A DNA stretch of 64,000 bases from a virus. The notes under the pieces are model-generated. The model saw only the letters and a program-made list of their open reading frames with translations, made no database searches and had not been told where the DNA came from. This document shows, piece after piece, positions 47,593 through 58,145 of this stretch (the stretch's first letter is position 1; every line of letters begins with the position of its first letter). Made by a program: the position numbers and the translations under genes. The stretch spans positions 1 to 64,000 of the IMG/VR virus record IMGVR_UViG_3300027770_000039. The stretch is one strand, 5' to 3'.

Positions 47593-48903
47593 TTACTTTA
47601 TTAGTTCGTTTACGGAACCGAGGAAAGAACCGTTCCATTTTGATTTTTGGACTTTTACTTCCCTAGACCCGCCAAGGTCTGAGGACTTCTTAATTGCAGT
47701 CTCTGATTCTACTGCATCGACACGCTTTTCTACTCCATCAATCGTGTTTCTGATGTTCTCAACAGTTTTGCTGAGCTCTGAGTGTTGTTCTGCCAACTCT
47801 GTAATTTTGCTTTCTACGCTTTTGCTTAAAATTTCAACTGCATTTTTAATAGTTGTAACTTGTGCTGCGTTTTCTTCTGAAGCTTTGTTTAGAGTTTCTG
47901 AGAAAAAGCCTTTTAAATCACCTAACATTTTTGCAAAATCAGGTTTTTCAACAACAATCTCATCAGAGATGTCTGTTGCTTTTTCAACGATTTCGGCAGA
48001 AGCATCTACTAATACGTCTTCTGTAATAGCTTTTTCAATTGTTGCTTCTGCAACAACTTCTACTTCTACTGCTGCGGTTTCTTCAACCACTGCGGTTTCT
48101 GTGTTTTCTGACACTTCATTACCTCCTTGTGCGTTTGCCTGTTTTGCGATTGTTTGTGTTTCAGGCAACGTTAATCTTGACTTCTTAAATGAAGCAAGAA
48201 TCTTTTCTATTTCTTTTGCTTTGTTTATATCATCAGTTTCTACCCAGCCAATTAGACTTGCTTGCTTGCCAGTTACTGGGGAATTGAATTCAGCGTCTGT
48301 TGACATAAATACAGAGTCGCTGTCTTCACAATAAAAAATATTTTCTGTTTTTAAGTTTGTAGAAATTCCTTTAAAAATTAATTGTCCATTCATTTTTTCA
48401 ATAGATAGAATATTGCACAATTCATTTGCTGGAGAATCTACTACTGACAGCTCCATTAAAGCATACTCTTTAATAAATCTAACTGTTTGCCCAGTTGCTT
48501 TGTTTACTTGATTGTCAGACTCTTTAATCTTTCCACCAATTGAAAATCCTGCAAGTGTTCCGTCTAGAATTTTTTCCCATGTATCTTGTGCGCCTTTTGA
48601 AATGTATGCATCTACATATACTCCACTATAAAAATCATTTGACTTTGGATCATAAAATGTTTCTGGTTTAAAAGAAACCATTTTGCCTACAGCGTTAGGA
48701 CCATGCATCTCTCTAATGTTGCCACGGAATCTTTCAAAAGCTCTCATGCTTGCTTCTGCTGTAACTACATCTCCTGTTTGATCTACGTTGTCTAAAGTAG
48801 CAAAACCAGAGACGGTTCTTTTCTCTCGATCAACCTTTGTAAAAGGGACCGATAGGCTAATATTATCTCCATTGCTGGACCAATAAGATTTTTCAATATT
48901 CAT
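47593..48903 (-). CDS. Prohead protease with C-terminal scaffold
   Basis: VSGFAT, REMH, GFSIGG and ELSVVDSPAN motifs; acidic coiled-coil tail; start likely MNIEKS at 48903. Confidence 0.9.
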   Translation of the reverse strand: MNIEKSYWSSNGDNISLSVPFTKVDREKRTVSGFATLDNVDQTGDVVTAEASMRAFERFRGNIREMHGPNAVGKMVSFKPETFYDPKSNDFYSGVYVDAYISKGAQDTWEKILDGTLAGFSIGGKIKESDNQVNKATGQTVRFIKEYALMELSVVDSPANELCNILSIEKMNGQLIFKGISTNLKTENIFYCEDSDSVFMSTDAEFNSPVTGKQASLIGWVETDDINKAKEIEKILASFKKSRLTLPETQTIAKQANAQGGNEVSENTETAVVEETAAVEVEVVAEATIEKAITEDVLVDASAEIVEKATDISDEIVVEKPDFAKMLGDLKGFFSETLNKASEENAAQVTTIKNAVEILSKSVESKITELAEQHSELSKTVENIRNTIDGVEKRVDAVESETAIKKSSDLGGSREVKVQKSKWNGSFLGSVNELIK

Positions 48904-48957
48904 ATGCCTAATTTTATAACGGTATTGTATATAAGGCAAATACTGGTTGCCTAATAA

Positions 48958-50547
48958 TTATTCGGTGACTCTTCCCCCACCTTTTTCATTTCTGCCCTCC
49001 CCAGAATTATCTGGTGAGTTGGCAGATCTTTCCTGAGTTCTTTTTCTAGAATTTAGGGCTTGTGCGGTTTGCTCAGATTTCTCCTGAGCTTTTAAATCTA
49101 CAACCTGATCCCCGCCATCTCGAGGAATCATTCCCTTCCTAATTCTAACTTCGTTAGGGGTAATTACCTGCATTCTTAAATATCTTTCATCAATTTTAGA
49201 CTGGGTGTCTTCGTCTGTTAAAGTTAATTCATTAAACTTTAGCATTACCGCATCTGTTTTTTCTAATATAATTCTATTTAATTTTTTCTCTAAAATGTCT
49301 TGTGCTGGTCTACACACCTGCTCCTTAAACATTTTATCTGCGTCTCTTGCAGAGGCTAAACTAATTCCTTCTGGAACTCCTATTTTATTTATTGGAACTC
49401 TGTGGGCTAAAAGAATTTCGTCTCTGTTGGACTTACGATACACGTTAAATGATGATTCCTGGGTTCCAGCTTCAATTGGCTCCATTTTAAATTCAACTTT
49501 TGAATCTGGGCTATCTGCTGGAAGTGGGACATACAAGGACCTATGATTTTTTCCTTTTAATCCAACTTGGAAAAATTCTAAAAGTTTACGCTCTGACTCT
49601 GGAGAGAGCTTGGCTCCCTTAACGGTAATAATATATCTAGGTACGGCTTTGTTTTCAAAATAGTCTAAATTATACTTACCAGCAAATTCATTTCCTGCAG
49701 TTGCGTTTTGTGCAGAAACAATATCTGGCAATCCATAATAATTGTTCATTGGTGTGTATTTCTTTAAATGAATAATTTCATTTGGTCTATCTGATCCATC
49801 TGCAATAGGATTTGGTGTTTCTAAATCTGCAAAGTTTCTAAAGAACACTGCCTTTCCATAAAGAAGCTGAATGAATCCGTCCCTTAGTCTACGAACACGC
49901 ATGGTTTTTGCTGGTATGTGTCCTATGTATCCAATATTACCTGCAACTGTTCTTCCTATTTCAATAAATCCATTTCCAGTTGCCTCTAGGTCAATATAGG
50001 CTTTTATTAATGTTTCTGTGAAAGTTTCTTCTTCGTTGGTTTTTTCTAGCCAAGCGTCTAAATCTTGTCTAAGCTTATTTAACTTCTTTCGAGCTCGATC
50101 TAATTGCTTTTGATCTTCAATATTATCTAGAGCATCATTTGCTTTTTTTGTTTCAACAAAAGTATACCCAAGTCCAACAATGTTGGCAACCTTTGCGTTA
50201 ATTGCTGCATAGTTGTATGGTGAAATTTCATAAATTTTAGAAAGATATTCCATGTTATATGTTGGCTCAACCAGGTCAAACATTGCGTAACCAGTAACTG
50301 CTTGCTGCATGAGGTTCTGTTGTGTGGCTGTTCCGTCTTGACCAACAAATCTTTTTGATAACTCTCTAGACATTTTTCTACGAAAGTTATTGCCCAAACC
50401 CTGAACTTTCTTTAATTCTGATTCTGTTATATTGAATGGGTCGCTGTCTAGAACAGGGGCTTTGTTATGAAATCTAGAAAAGTCTGACGAGTCTGAAATA
50501 TCTATGTTTTGAACAAAACTATTGTCTTCGTTTAGAAATTCTATCAT
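48958..50547 (-). CDS. Portal protein
   Basis: TGNGFIE, EIIHLK...YYGLP, YFENKAVP, HRVP, ITPNEVR. Confidence 0.93.
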   Translation of the reverse strand: MIEFLNEDNSFVQNIDISDSSDFSRFHNKAPVLDSDPFNITESELKKVQGLGNNFRRKMSRELSKRFVGQDGTATQQNLMQQAVTGYAMFDLVEPTYNMEYLSKIYEISPYNYAAINAKVANIVGLGYTFVETKKANDALDNIEDQKQLDRARKKLNKLRQDLDAWLEKTNEEETFTETLIKAYIDLEATGNGFIEIGRTVAGNIGYIGHIPAKTMRVRRLRDGFIQLLYGKAVFFRNFADLETPNPIADGSDRPNEIIHLKKYTPMNNYYGLPDIVSAQNATAGNEFAGKYNLDYFENKAVPRYIITVKGAKLSPESERKLLEFFQVGLKGKNHRSLYVPLPADSPDSKVEFKMEPIEAGTQESSFNVYRKSNRDEILLAHRVPINKIGVPEGISLASARDADKMFKEQVCRPAQDILEKKLNRIILEKTDAVMLKFNELTLTDEDTQSKIDERYLRMQVITPNEVRIRKGMIPRDGGDQVVDLKAQEKSEQTAQALNSRKRTQERSANSPDNSGEGRNEKGGGRVTE

Positions 50548-50888
50548 TTGGATTTTCCTTGTCTTAACGCTTTCATTTCATCTTTATAGCTTCCAACGTC
50601 TAAAGCATCTGGGACTAATCCCCACTCTAATCTTTGTTTTTGATGCTCAAATTCTTCGTCATCTATCTTCCTTCTATTTGATAAAAATAAAGGGCTGCCT
50701 TCATAAATTCCATAAGATCTGGCTTCTCTTGCAAGAGCATCAATTCTTGATCTATTTCCTTTTAATGAGGTAATTGAAAGATAGTTGCCATCATCGTCTC
50801 CAACCCATCTTCCGTCAGGCATCTCCCAGACGTATATCCCTAGAGTTGTTTCTTCTACAGACGTTTGTTTAAAGTTTTTTATATCCAT
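50544..50888 (-). CDS. Hypothetical protein
   Basis: Coupled to the portal gene; TGGTAAACT upstream. Confidence 0.75.
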   Translation of the reverse strand: MDIKNFKQTSVEETTLGIYVWEMPDGRWVGDDDGNYLSITSLKGNRSRIDALAREARSYGIYEGSPLFLSNRRKIDDEEFEHQKQRLEWGLVPDALDVGSYKDEMKALRQGKSK

Positions 50889-50951
50889 TGTTCCCTAAGT
50901 TTACCATTATTTCAAAATAAAGTCCAGATCTTTGCCATATTCTAAATATAT

Positions 50952-52652
50952 TTAAATATTTTGTACCACTATCCAGTCAGAATTGAAATAATCAACCGAC
51001 AGCTCTGACATTTTACCTAGCTGATCTTCAATAATTGTACCTTGGGAAGATACATATTTATTAAAATGATCCTGAACTTTTTCGGCACTCAGGGCTGATT
51101 CATAAGTAGCCAAATTCTGATATAGGCTTTGCCCTCCCAAAACGCTAGATTTATTAATAGAAATTTCTCCATATATGCTATTTTCAAAAACAATAACAAC
51201 GTGGTAAAGAGAATCTTTTAAAAACAAATTATTTATATTAGTCTGGCTTGTCTTATCTACCCCATTAACGTATATCTTGGATATATTGCTTTTAGATATT
51301 GTATTGCTTGACCAAGTAAGGCTACTTGCGCTGTACCCGCTTGTAGCAACAGATGTAACCAACCCTCCATTTTGAATAGAATACGGTGTATAAAAAAACT
51401 CTATCGATTTTGTTGGGGTTGTCGTATTTATATAAAACGATGAAAGATTTTTTAAGCTGATGCCGTTTCTGTTATCTGTAGAAAGTATTTCATATTTGTT
51501 ATTGCTTACAGGGATGTCTTGCTGGCTGGCTATATAATTAGAGGAATTTTTTGAATAAATTTTTTGATTATTGTAAAAGCTTATGGATAAAAATTTTAAG
51601 GATGGAAGGTATACGCTATCGTCTGATGTTGTAAAATAAACCCTAATATATAAATTTCTTGTTTGACTAAAAGAGCTTAATGAATACTGGGGTACGGGTT
51701 GGCCATTAACGCAAGATTGATAGTTTTGTCCATCTATACTTACCGAAACAGATATTCCATTATCCCCGTCCCATTCAATTCTTGAAGAGTTCATTTCTGG
51801 TCCGCTTGGGATTGTAATAAAATCCTCAATAACAATAGACTGTGAATCTCCGTTTCCCTTTACAACACCGATAAATTCTTTTTGAGAGTTATAGTATAAA
51901 TTATTATCGTTAATAAAATACTGCCATGATTTATTGGCTGGATAGGAATAAGAATACTTTGTTGAAATTGATTTATCTGTAAGTTCAAAAAAATTACCTT
52001 GGTCTGGGTAAACTATTTGAGTAGGGCTTAAAGATTTATTTTCTAAATAATGAGATAAAACCTGATCTTTAGTCAAAGAATTTCTATAAAAAGATACACA
52101 ATTTAAGAGCATATAGTCTAAACTATTATTAACTGGTCCTGACTTCATTGTAATAGATTGATTTGAAAAAGAAAACCCAGACAGATCTTTTTCTGCTTCT
52201 ATCTTTCCATCTATATACAGTATAATTTTATTCTTATTGTATACTGCAACTATATATATAGATTTTTTTAAGAAAGGAACAGTGTACTCTATATGCTTTG
52301 TACCTATTGAAAATACTATATTACCTTTTTTATAAAATAGTCCTATATCATTAGAAGAGTCTCCTACAATTGGTATTTCTAAAGAAGAGGTAGTATTTAC
52401 CCTAACCCAGCATTCTATAGAAAATTGATCATCGGAAAAATTTTTAGTCGCAATTCCATCTATATCTATGTAGGTAATGGCGGCAGTTCCAGAAAGTTTT
52501 GAAGAGTTTTCTGCACCAATAACTAGTGGTAAATTTGTGTTATCTACCGATCCGAATATTGATACCTGATTGTCAAATCCAGAAATATCATCTGTTCCGC
52601 TTGGCCAAAAAGCCAGCGGGTTGTCTGATAAAACTCTAAGATTATACGACAT
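50952..52652 (-). CDS. LamG/concanavalin-like domain virion protein
   Basis: DNPLAFW, FSIECWV, YIVAVY, LYIDG and YHVVIVF motifs; promoter TGGTACAAT 6 nt before the ATG. Confidence 0.75.
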   Translation of the reverse strand: MSYNLRVLSDNPLAFWPSGTDDISGFDNQVSIFGSVDNTNLPLVIGAENSSKLSGTAAITYIDIDGIATKNFSDDQFSIECWVRVNTTSSLEIPIVGDSSNDIGLFYKKGNIVFSIGTKHIEYTVPFLKKSIYIVAVYNKNKIILYIDGKIEAEKDLSGFSFSNQSITMKSGPVNNSLDYMLLNCVSFYRNSLTKDQVLSHYLENKSLSPTQIVYPDQGNFFELTDKSISTKYSYSYPANKSWQYFINDNNLYYNSQKEFIGVVKGNGDSQSIVIEDFITIPSGPEMNSSRIEWDGDNGISVSVSIDGQNYQSCVNGQPVPQYSLSSFSQTRNLYIRVYFTTSDDSVYLPSLKFLSISFYNNQKIYSKNSSNYIASQQDIPVSNNKYEILSTDNRNGISLKNLSSFYINTTTPTKSIEFFYTPYSIQNGGLVTSVATSGYSASSLTWSSNTISKSNISKIYVNGVDKTSQTNINNLFLKDSLYHVVIVFENSIYGEISINKSSVLGGQSLYQNLATYESALSAEKVQDHFNKYVSSQGTIIEDQLGKMSELSVDYFNSDWIVVQNI

Positions 52653-52677
52653 GATTAAATTGTACCATCAAGGAATT

Positions 52678-53367
52678 TTAATATCCGCCCACGTGAAAGA
52701 CCTGGCCCGACAAGCTGGAAGACTTTTCGTCAAAAAGTAACTCTACTAGATTTGCTATATCGGTTACAGTATACTCTTTCGGAACAACTTGACCTAGTAA
52801 TAAAGTTTGAAAATAAATTTCTGGCATAAATTTTGTAAATCTAGTTCTTATTGGTCCTGGGGCTATACAGTTTGGCCTAATTTTAGTACCGCATACTTGT
52901 TTAGCTAAAGACCTTGTGTATGTTTCTAAAGCTGCTTTTGATGCTGAATACATAGACTCTGAATTTATTTGATGCGCCGCTAAGCTTGATATGTTAACTA
53001 TTGGAGTATGTTTCTCTGGGTCTACAAGAGCAAGAAATTTAGATATAACATTATAGGGACCTAAAACGTTGACATTCATCATTTGCTCAACTTGTGGAAA
53101 AATTTCTCCATAAGCGGGTGATGGCCAGTAAGCACCAGCACAGTTTACAATTCCAGAAATAACAATATTTCTTTCTTTAATTGATTTAAATAAACTTTCT
53201 AGTTTTTCCTGATCAACAATATCTGTTTGTATGTACTCAAAGGTATCGCTATTATCAGAGTTTCTGACGTGCCTTCCAACTCCAATAACTTCGTGCCCTA
53301 AAGAGACTAGCCTTTTGGCAACTTCATTTCCAATTCCTCTGACTGCTCCTACTACTAAAACCGTCAT
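52678..53367 (-). CDS. Short-chain dehydrogenase/reductase
   Basis: GAVRGIG, VNCAG, NISS, YSASK, NCIAPGPI. Confidence 0.92.
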   Translation of the reverse strand: MTVLVVGAVRGIGNEVAKRLVSLGHEVIGVGRHVRNSDNSDTFEYIQTDIVDQEKLESLFKSIKERNIVISGIVNCAGAYWPSPAYGEIFPQVEQMMNVNVLGPYNVISKFLALVDPEKHTPIVNISSLAAHQINSESMYSASKAALETYTRSLAKQVCGTKIRPNCIAPGPIRTRFTKFMPEIYFQTLLLGQVVPKEYTVTDIANLVELLFDEKSSSLSGQVFHVGGY

Positions 53368-54017
53368 TCTGTGCCATCCGAATAGTATGGCTTAGATCTA
53401 TTGTGATACCAATTTGGAAGAGCGTATCTAATTCCAGAAGTTATTGCCGATACTTCGTGGACGTATATGTAATTAGAAGGGAAGAACAATAAACTTCCTG
53501 CTTCTGGTTTTAAACTTACACCTGCATGTTCAAATTTAATATTTCCTCCTTCGTAATCATCGTTTAAATAAAGAAGTGCTGATAAAACTCTGCTGCTAAT
53601 TCCGTGGTCAGAATGTGCTGGCAAAAAGCCAGATTCCTTATACTTTAAAAGATGCATTGTTTTTTCTCTTGATTTAATATTTTTTTGAGAGTATGGATAA
53701 ATAGAAAAATAGTCTTGCAATCCTTTTTCTAATGCCCCAAATAAAACATCTGATATTTCTTTTTGTTCTTGATAAAATAGATCATCTTTTGAAATATCTT
53801 CAGATTTTGGGATAAACTTTTGCCAACAAAAAACAGTTTTTTCTTTTCCGCCGTGATCGTAATCCCAGGGTTGCCAGCCTCTTACATAAAGAGAATTGTA
53901 TCCAACAGACTCACTTCTTTTTATTTCTAAATCTTCAATTTTTTTAATTAGAGACTTAGGGTCTGGTATTATATTTTTATAATAAGCCATTCCTAGGGAA
54001 AGAATTTCTCTATTCAT
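53364..54017 (-). CDS. 2OG-Fe(II) oxygenase, P4H-like
   Basis: HSD...YLNDDYEGG...HEV...RY. Confidence 0.9.
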   Translation of the reverse strand: MNREILSLGMAYYKNIIPDPKSLIKKIEDLEIKRSESVGYNSLYVRGWQPWDYDHGGKEKTVFCWQKFIPKSEDISKDDLFYQEQKEISDVLFGALEKGLQDYFSIYPYSQKNIKSREKTMHLLKYKESGFLPAHSDHGISSRVLSALLYLNDDYEGGNIKFEHAGVSLKPEAGSLLFFPSNYIYVHEVSAITSGIRYALPNWYHNRSKPYYSDGTE

Positions 54018-54565
54018 TAAAATACTCCAAAATCTGGGTCGGCAAAGTCCATCTTTGTGGATTGCATGTAAAGCGCAGTAAATCTATTTCCTTTAGTTAT
54101 TTCTTTTACTCCGTGCAGATAATCATATTTATTTCCTGGGAAAAAAATAGCTGATAGGGATTTTGGTCTGTGCTCAAAATTTTGTTTAGGAAAATAGATT
54201 TCTCCACCTTCATAATCATCGTTTAAGTAAATTACAGTGCTGTATTCTATAAATGGTTCTTTTTCAATTGCATCAATATGAGGACTTCCACTTTGCCCTG
54301 GTTGCCACCATGATCCAAAAGCCTTGGTAACAATTACATTATCTTTTAAATTAAAAAATTCTTTTTGTATATGGTTTGCTCTTACTGAATATTTTTTAAG
54401 AATATCCATTACTCTATTATTGTATGGAAAAGCAGTTCCACCATTTCTATCTTTATAATACTCTGGGTACGGGTTTCTTTTTGAAGGAGATTGCATCTCT
54501 TCTATCAGGGCAAATGCATCTTGTTCTGATATAAAATCTTCTACAATTTTTATCATGCTGTTCAA
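54017..54565 (-). CDS. 2OG-Fe(II) oxygenase, P4H-like
   Basis: HID...YLNDDYEGGEIYF...HGV...RF. Confidence 0.9.
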   Translation of the reverse strand: MNSMIKIVEDFISEQDAFALIEEMQSPSKRNPYPEYYKDRNGGTAFPYNNRVMDILKKYSVRANHIQKEFFNLKDNVIVTKAFGSWWQPGQSGSPHIDAIEKEPFIEYSTVIYLNDDYEGGEIYFPKQNFEHRPKSLSAIFFPGNKYDYLHGVKEITKGNRFTALYMQSTKMDFADPDFGVF

Positions 54566-55383
54566 TTTATTACTCCTTTAAAGTTTAAATATCTTTCTCC
54601 GCCAACTTTGTCTGTTAATGAACCAGAAGGATCATACAAAACATCGTTTGTTGAAAATGGTAGACTTGATATTTCTAATCCAAACACCTGTTTAATGCTG
54701 GAACTCCATTTACTCACAAACTCATTATACCCGTGATATATAGAAAAAGGCAAATATTCGACCTTATCTAACTCAATTGTTTTATTTTTAAAAAAAGTTG
54801 TAGGAAGGGCAAAGATTTTTGTAAAATTAAAATATATAGCTAAATGTTCTCTTTCTCCATGATATTTTAAATAACCTGGCAATTTGTTATATAAAAAAGA
54901 CTTAGATTTTGTAAAAATAAAATCTTTATCTATATATTTTGTCAATGTGTCTTCAGAGATAGGCTCTTTTTTATATGAAACAATAAATGGGTTTTCTAAA
55001 TATGGTATAAGTCTGTGATTTCCAGAAATTATACAATCTTCATTGAGGCTGAGTAGTTCTATTTTTTGAACTAGATCTTCGTCCCAATTTTTATTTAGGC
55101 TTACCCCATCTCCAATTAGCAAAAAGTATTCTTTTTTGAAAAGTCTATACCCTTCTTGTTTATGCAAAATTGGGCTTTTAATGCTATCCCATTTTACATA
55201 TTTGTAATAAATTTTTACATTTGAATAGTTAGACTTTAAACTTTTTTTTCTATCAATATTGTTTTGATCAATTATATAAAAAAATAAATTGTTTAATCCA
55301 CTGGAATTTTCTATATTTTTTTCAACTAATTCTATTAAATCTTTATTTTGAAAAGAATACAAAACTATGCCAATATCTTTCAT
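54562..55383 (-). CDS. GT-A glycosyltransferase-like protein (GT60/Gnt1-like, divergent)
   Basis: EYFLLIGDGVSLNKNWDEDL, DFIFT and YHGERE resemble GT60 motifs (YLQIDSH..F..NWD; F.GEE). Confidence 0.5.
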   Translation of the reverse strand: MKDIGIVLYSFQNKDLIELVEKNIENSSGLNNLFFYIIDQNNIDRKKSLKSNYSNVKIYYKYVKWDSIKSPILHKQEGYRLFKKEYFLLIGDGVSLNKNWDEDLVQKIELLSLNEDCIISGNHRLIPYLENPFIVSYKKEPISEDTLTKYIDKDFIFTKSKSFLYNKLPGYLKYHGEREHLAIYFNFTKIFALPTTFFKNKTIELDKVEYLPFSIYHGYNEFVSKWSSSIKQVFGLEISSLPFSTNDVLYDPSGSLTDKVGGERYLNFKGVIN

Positions 55384-56060
55384 TCAAACAGATCCGTAAA
55401 AATACTATCTTCATTCATTGGTCCCTTTGGAACTAATATAATATCATAGGCAATTGTCATTCTTGGCTCATCCCCGTACCAGTCGTCTCTGCCATGTGGG
55501 TTGCCAGTTTCTGATAAAATAGCTCTATTGTTTTTATTAATATTTTCAAAAATATCTTTATTGTTGATTTTATAATAAGTAATCGAAGGTTCTGCTTTTA
55601 CGCAGTAGAATCCATGTAGCTGTGGAAATCCTGAACCGTCCATATGGTCGTGGAAAAACGAACTGTCTTTTCTTGGGTCTACCGAATGGACGTTGTTAAT
55701 TATTTTTTTATCTAAATTAAACCAACCATGGGTAATAAATTTTGACGAATTGTCGTTATAGCCATAGTACTCGCAAGCTTCTCTTGTCATGTCAGCAATA
55801 GCTTCTTTTAACTTTTTTATTTCTGGGTTGTCAAATTCCCAAATATTATACCTGTCACTATTTTTTGTAGCAATAGCATCCAGAATTCCTGGGTCTTGAG
55901 CTAGGGCTTTATTTAAGCCTTCTCCCATTTCTTTCCTTGCCTGTTCAACTAATTCATTATTTTTTTCTAACAAAAAACTATAAAGATTTTCTAAATTATT
56001 ATCTAAAGTTCTTTCAAAAAATTTATGATCTTTTTTTTCTTTCATAGAAGTGGTATCCAA
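55380..56060 (-). CDS. Putative 2OG-Fe(II) oxygenase
   Basis: GWFN...FHDH...HGFYCV...PHG...RMTIAYDI. Confidence 0.7.
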   Translation of the reverse strand: MDTTSMKEKKDHKFFERTLDNNLENLYSFLLEKNNELVEQARKEMGEGLNKALAQDPGILDAIATKNSDRYNIWEFDNPEIKKLKEAIADMTREACEYYGYNDNSSKFITHGWFNLDKKIINNVHSVDPRKDSSFFHDHMDGSGFPQLHGFYCVKAEPSITYYKINNKDIFENINKNNRAILSETGNPHGRDDWYGDEPRMTIAYDIILVPKGPMNEDSIFTDLFE

Positions 56061-56692
56061 TGCTGAGGACTTGCTTTTGCCTCAATGATAGAATTTAATG
56101 GCATAATATCATAAGCAATTGTAATTCTTGGTCCTTCCCAGTCCCAACTTCCCATAGCATGAGGGTGACCCATTTCTGAAACAATCATTCTGTTATCTAT
56201 ATTGTGATTTTCAGTTTCTTTTTCAAAAACTTTGTAATAAGTAATTGATGGTTCTGCTTTTACGCAATAAAATCCGTGAAAATAAGGAGCATAAGGACCT
56301 CCATGATCGTGCCAATCTAGTTTTCCAACTTCTGCATAATTTATGTTAAACCATCCTTGCACCATGTATTGCTGTTTATCAAAATCAATATCATAATAAG
56401 AACAAGCTTCTTTTATTACATCAGAAAGCTCTTTATACAGTTTGTAAATTCCTGGATGATAAAATTGAAAAACATTGTAGTCTCTCCATTTTATAGTAGA
56501 AACACTACCAGACTCTTTCCAATAGTCTGACTTGCCCACTTCTGTAATACCTTTAATGCTTAAATTTTCAATTTTAGAATATTGATCTTGTAAAAATAAA
56601 GACAAATCTTGTAAATCATTATCTAAAATCCTTTCAAAAAACTTGTGAGGTTTTCCGCTAGGTTTATTTTTTCCAGATAGGAAGTATTCCAT
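56042..56692 (-). CDS. Putative 2OG-Fe(II) oxygenase, paralogue of the neighbour
   Basis: GWFN...WHDH...HGFYCVKAEPSITYYK...PHA...RITIAYDI. Confidence 0.7.
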   Translation of the reverse strand: MEYFLSGKNKPSGKPHKFFERILDNDLQDLSLFLQDQYSKIENLSIKGITEVGKSDYWKESGSVSTIKWRDYNVFQFYHPGIYKLYKELSDVIKEACSYYDIDFDKQQYMVQGWFNINYAEVGKLDWHDHGGPYAPYFHGFYCVKAEPSITYYKVFEKETENHNIDNRMIVSEMGHPHAMGSWDWEGPRITIAYDIMPLNSIIEAKASPQHWIPLL

Positions 56693-57445
56693 TTATTTCT
56701 CTTTTCTTGTGTAGTTTTTTCTTTTCCATATAAAATCTTTATAATATGAATATATTGATATTCTTCTTTTTTCTTCTTTGATTTTTTTTACCACTATGTC
56801 TTCTTTGGAGTAATCCAATGACATTTCCCAGTTTTCTCTTTTAAATGGAAAAACTTGAAATATAGGCGTTCCTTTTTTAATAGTTCCCATAAAATTTCTT
56901 TTTAGAAAAAATGCTGTAAATACTGGTGCGTTCCATTCATCGGAGTCTATAACTCCAGAAAGAGTGGTAAATGGAAGATCATGTCTATTGTGTGGGTGTG
57001 TAATTAAAATAGAATACCCTGGTGGAGTTTCGCAATGCCAAGGAATTTTCCAGCCATAATGCATTGGATGGTGTTCATGTGGAACTGCAACTTCTATCAT
57101 GTTTCTTTTATCTACTAGCATAAAATTATTTGTATTTTTAATAGAAGGAAACCCATTTTTATCTAAACTTACCTCAATATCATCTTCTAGGCAAAACATA
57201 TAACCTGCTGTTAAGGAATCAAAAAATGGCATACATAATTTAGTAGAGCCAGCGCTACCGTCTGTTCCTCTATCATTTACTGGAAACAACCTTAGCAAAT
57301 CATTTGAGGTTTGAAATCTGGAAAGCTTTTTATACCACTCTGGCAAATTATTTATGGCAGGAGAGGGTGCGTCATAGTCTTTTGGTTCAAAATTAAGATT
57401 AACCTCTGCTGGGGTGAATTTAATTATTAAATTATTATCACTCAT
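56693..57445 (-). CDS. DUF6065-like protein (dUTPase-like beta fold)
   Basis: LPEWY, TKLCMPFFDSLTAGY, TPPGYSILITHP, SGVIDSD, KGTPIFQVFPFKRENW. Confidence 0.6.
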   Translation of the reverse strand: MSDNNLIIKFTPAEVNLNFEPKDYDAPSPAINNLPEWYKKLSRFQTSNDLLRLFPVNDRGTDGSAGSTKLCMPFFDSLTAGYMFCLEDDIEVSLDKNGFPSIKNTNNFMLVDKRNMIEVAVPHEHHPMHYGWKIPWHCETPPGYSILITHPHNRHDLPFTTLSGVIDSDEWNAPVFTAFFLKRNFMGTIKKGTPIFQVFPFKRENWEMSLDYSKEDIVVKKIKEEKRRISIYSYYKDFIWKRKNYTRKEK

Positions 57446-58145
57446 TAATAATTTTTTTAATAACCTTTTCTGTAGCTTTTATAGAAATATAAAATAGTGG
57501 AGTATTTCTCTCTATTAACCTTATTTGTTTTTCATTAGATAAAAAACAAAAATCTATAAAAGTTGGTTCCTTTATTATATCATTATTATTAGTTTTTTCA
57601 AAGGTCCCACTAGTCTCAATAATGCATATTACTGGGTCTTTTTTAATATTTTTTATACTATACTCTGCATCGCAATCAACAATCCATGGTACATATATCT
57701 TAAAAATTCTGTCCGAAACTTGTTTAAAATTATTTTTATTTAACAAGTCTTTAAAGCTTTCAATAGACAAAAATGATGGATAAAACTGCCTAACCATAGA
57801 TTTTTCAGATGCATAAAATATACTAGAAACCTGTTTATTGCTTGTTGGATGTCCTTGCCAAAGAATATCTGAATAATTCTTGTATATTAGATTTATCTCA
57901 TTTTTAGAAACTATCTCTATTTCTGGTTTGATTCCAAAATTATCTACATATAAATTTATTGGTTTTAAAACATTATTTTTATATTTTTTTAAAACTTGAT
58001 CCCAGGTTGCCCAATCATAAAAAACGTTGCATTCTTTTAAAATATCTTTAAAACTCATTGAAGACATCTCTAGCCAAGAATTAGATTCAAATGGTGCCCT
58101 TAATATGGGAAACGTTTTATTTATCGAAATATCTTTTTTGACCAC
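57438..58145 (-). CDS. Hypothetical protein, possibly a degenerate DUF6065-like paralogue
   Basis: FKIYVPW and IERNTPLFYI remnants. Confidence 0.5.
   Translation of the reverse strand: MVKKDISINKTFPILRAPFESNSWLEMSSMSFKDILKECNVFYDWATWDQVLKKYKNNVLKPINLYVDNFGIKPEIEIVSKNEINLIYKNYSDILWQGHPTSNKQVSSIFYASEKSMVRQFYPSFLSIESFKDLLNKNNFKQVSDRIFKIYVPWIVDCDAEYSIKNIKKDPVICIIETSGTFEKTNNNDIIKEPTFIDFCFLSNEKQIRLIERNTPLFYISIKATEKVIKKIINE

Noticed and set aside
47504-48334. Long + strand ORFs (also 61691..62410, 1510..1989, 60972..61388 and others)
   Set aside because: They are antisense to well-supported minus-strand genes, lack recognisable motifs and are explained by codon bias.
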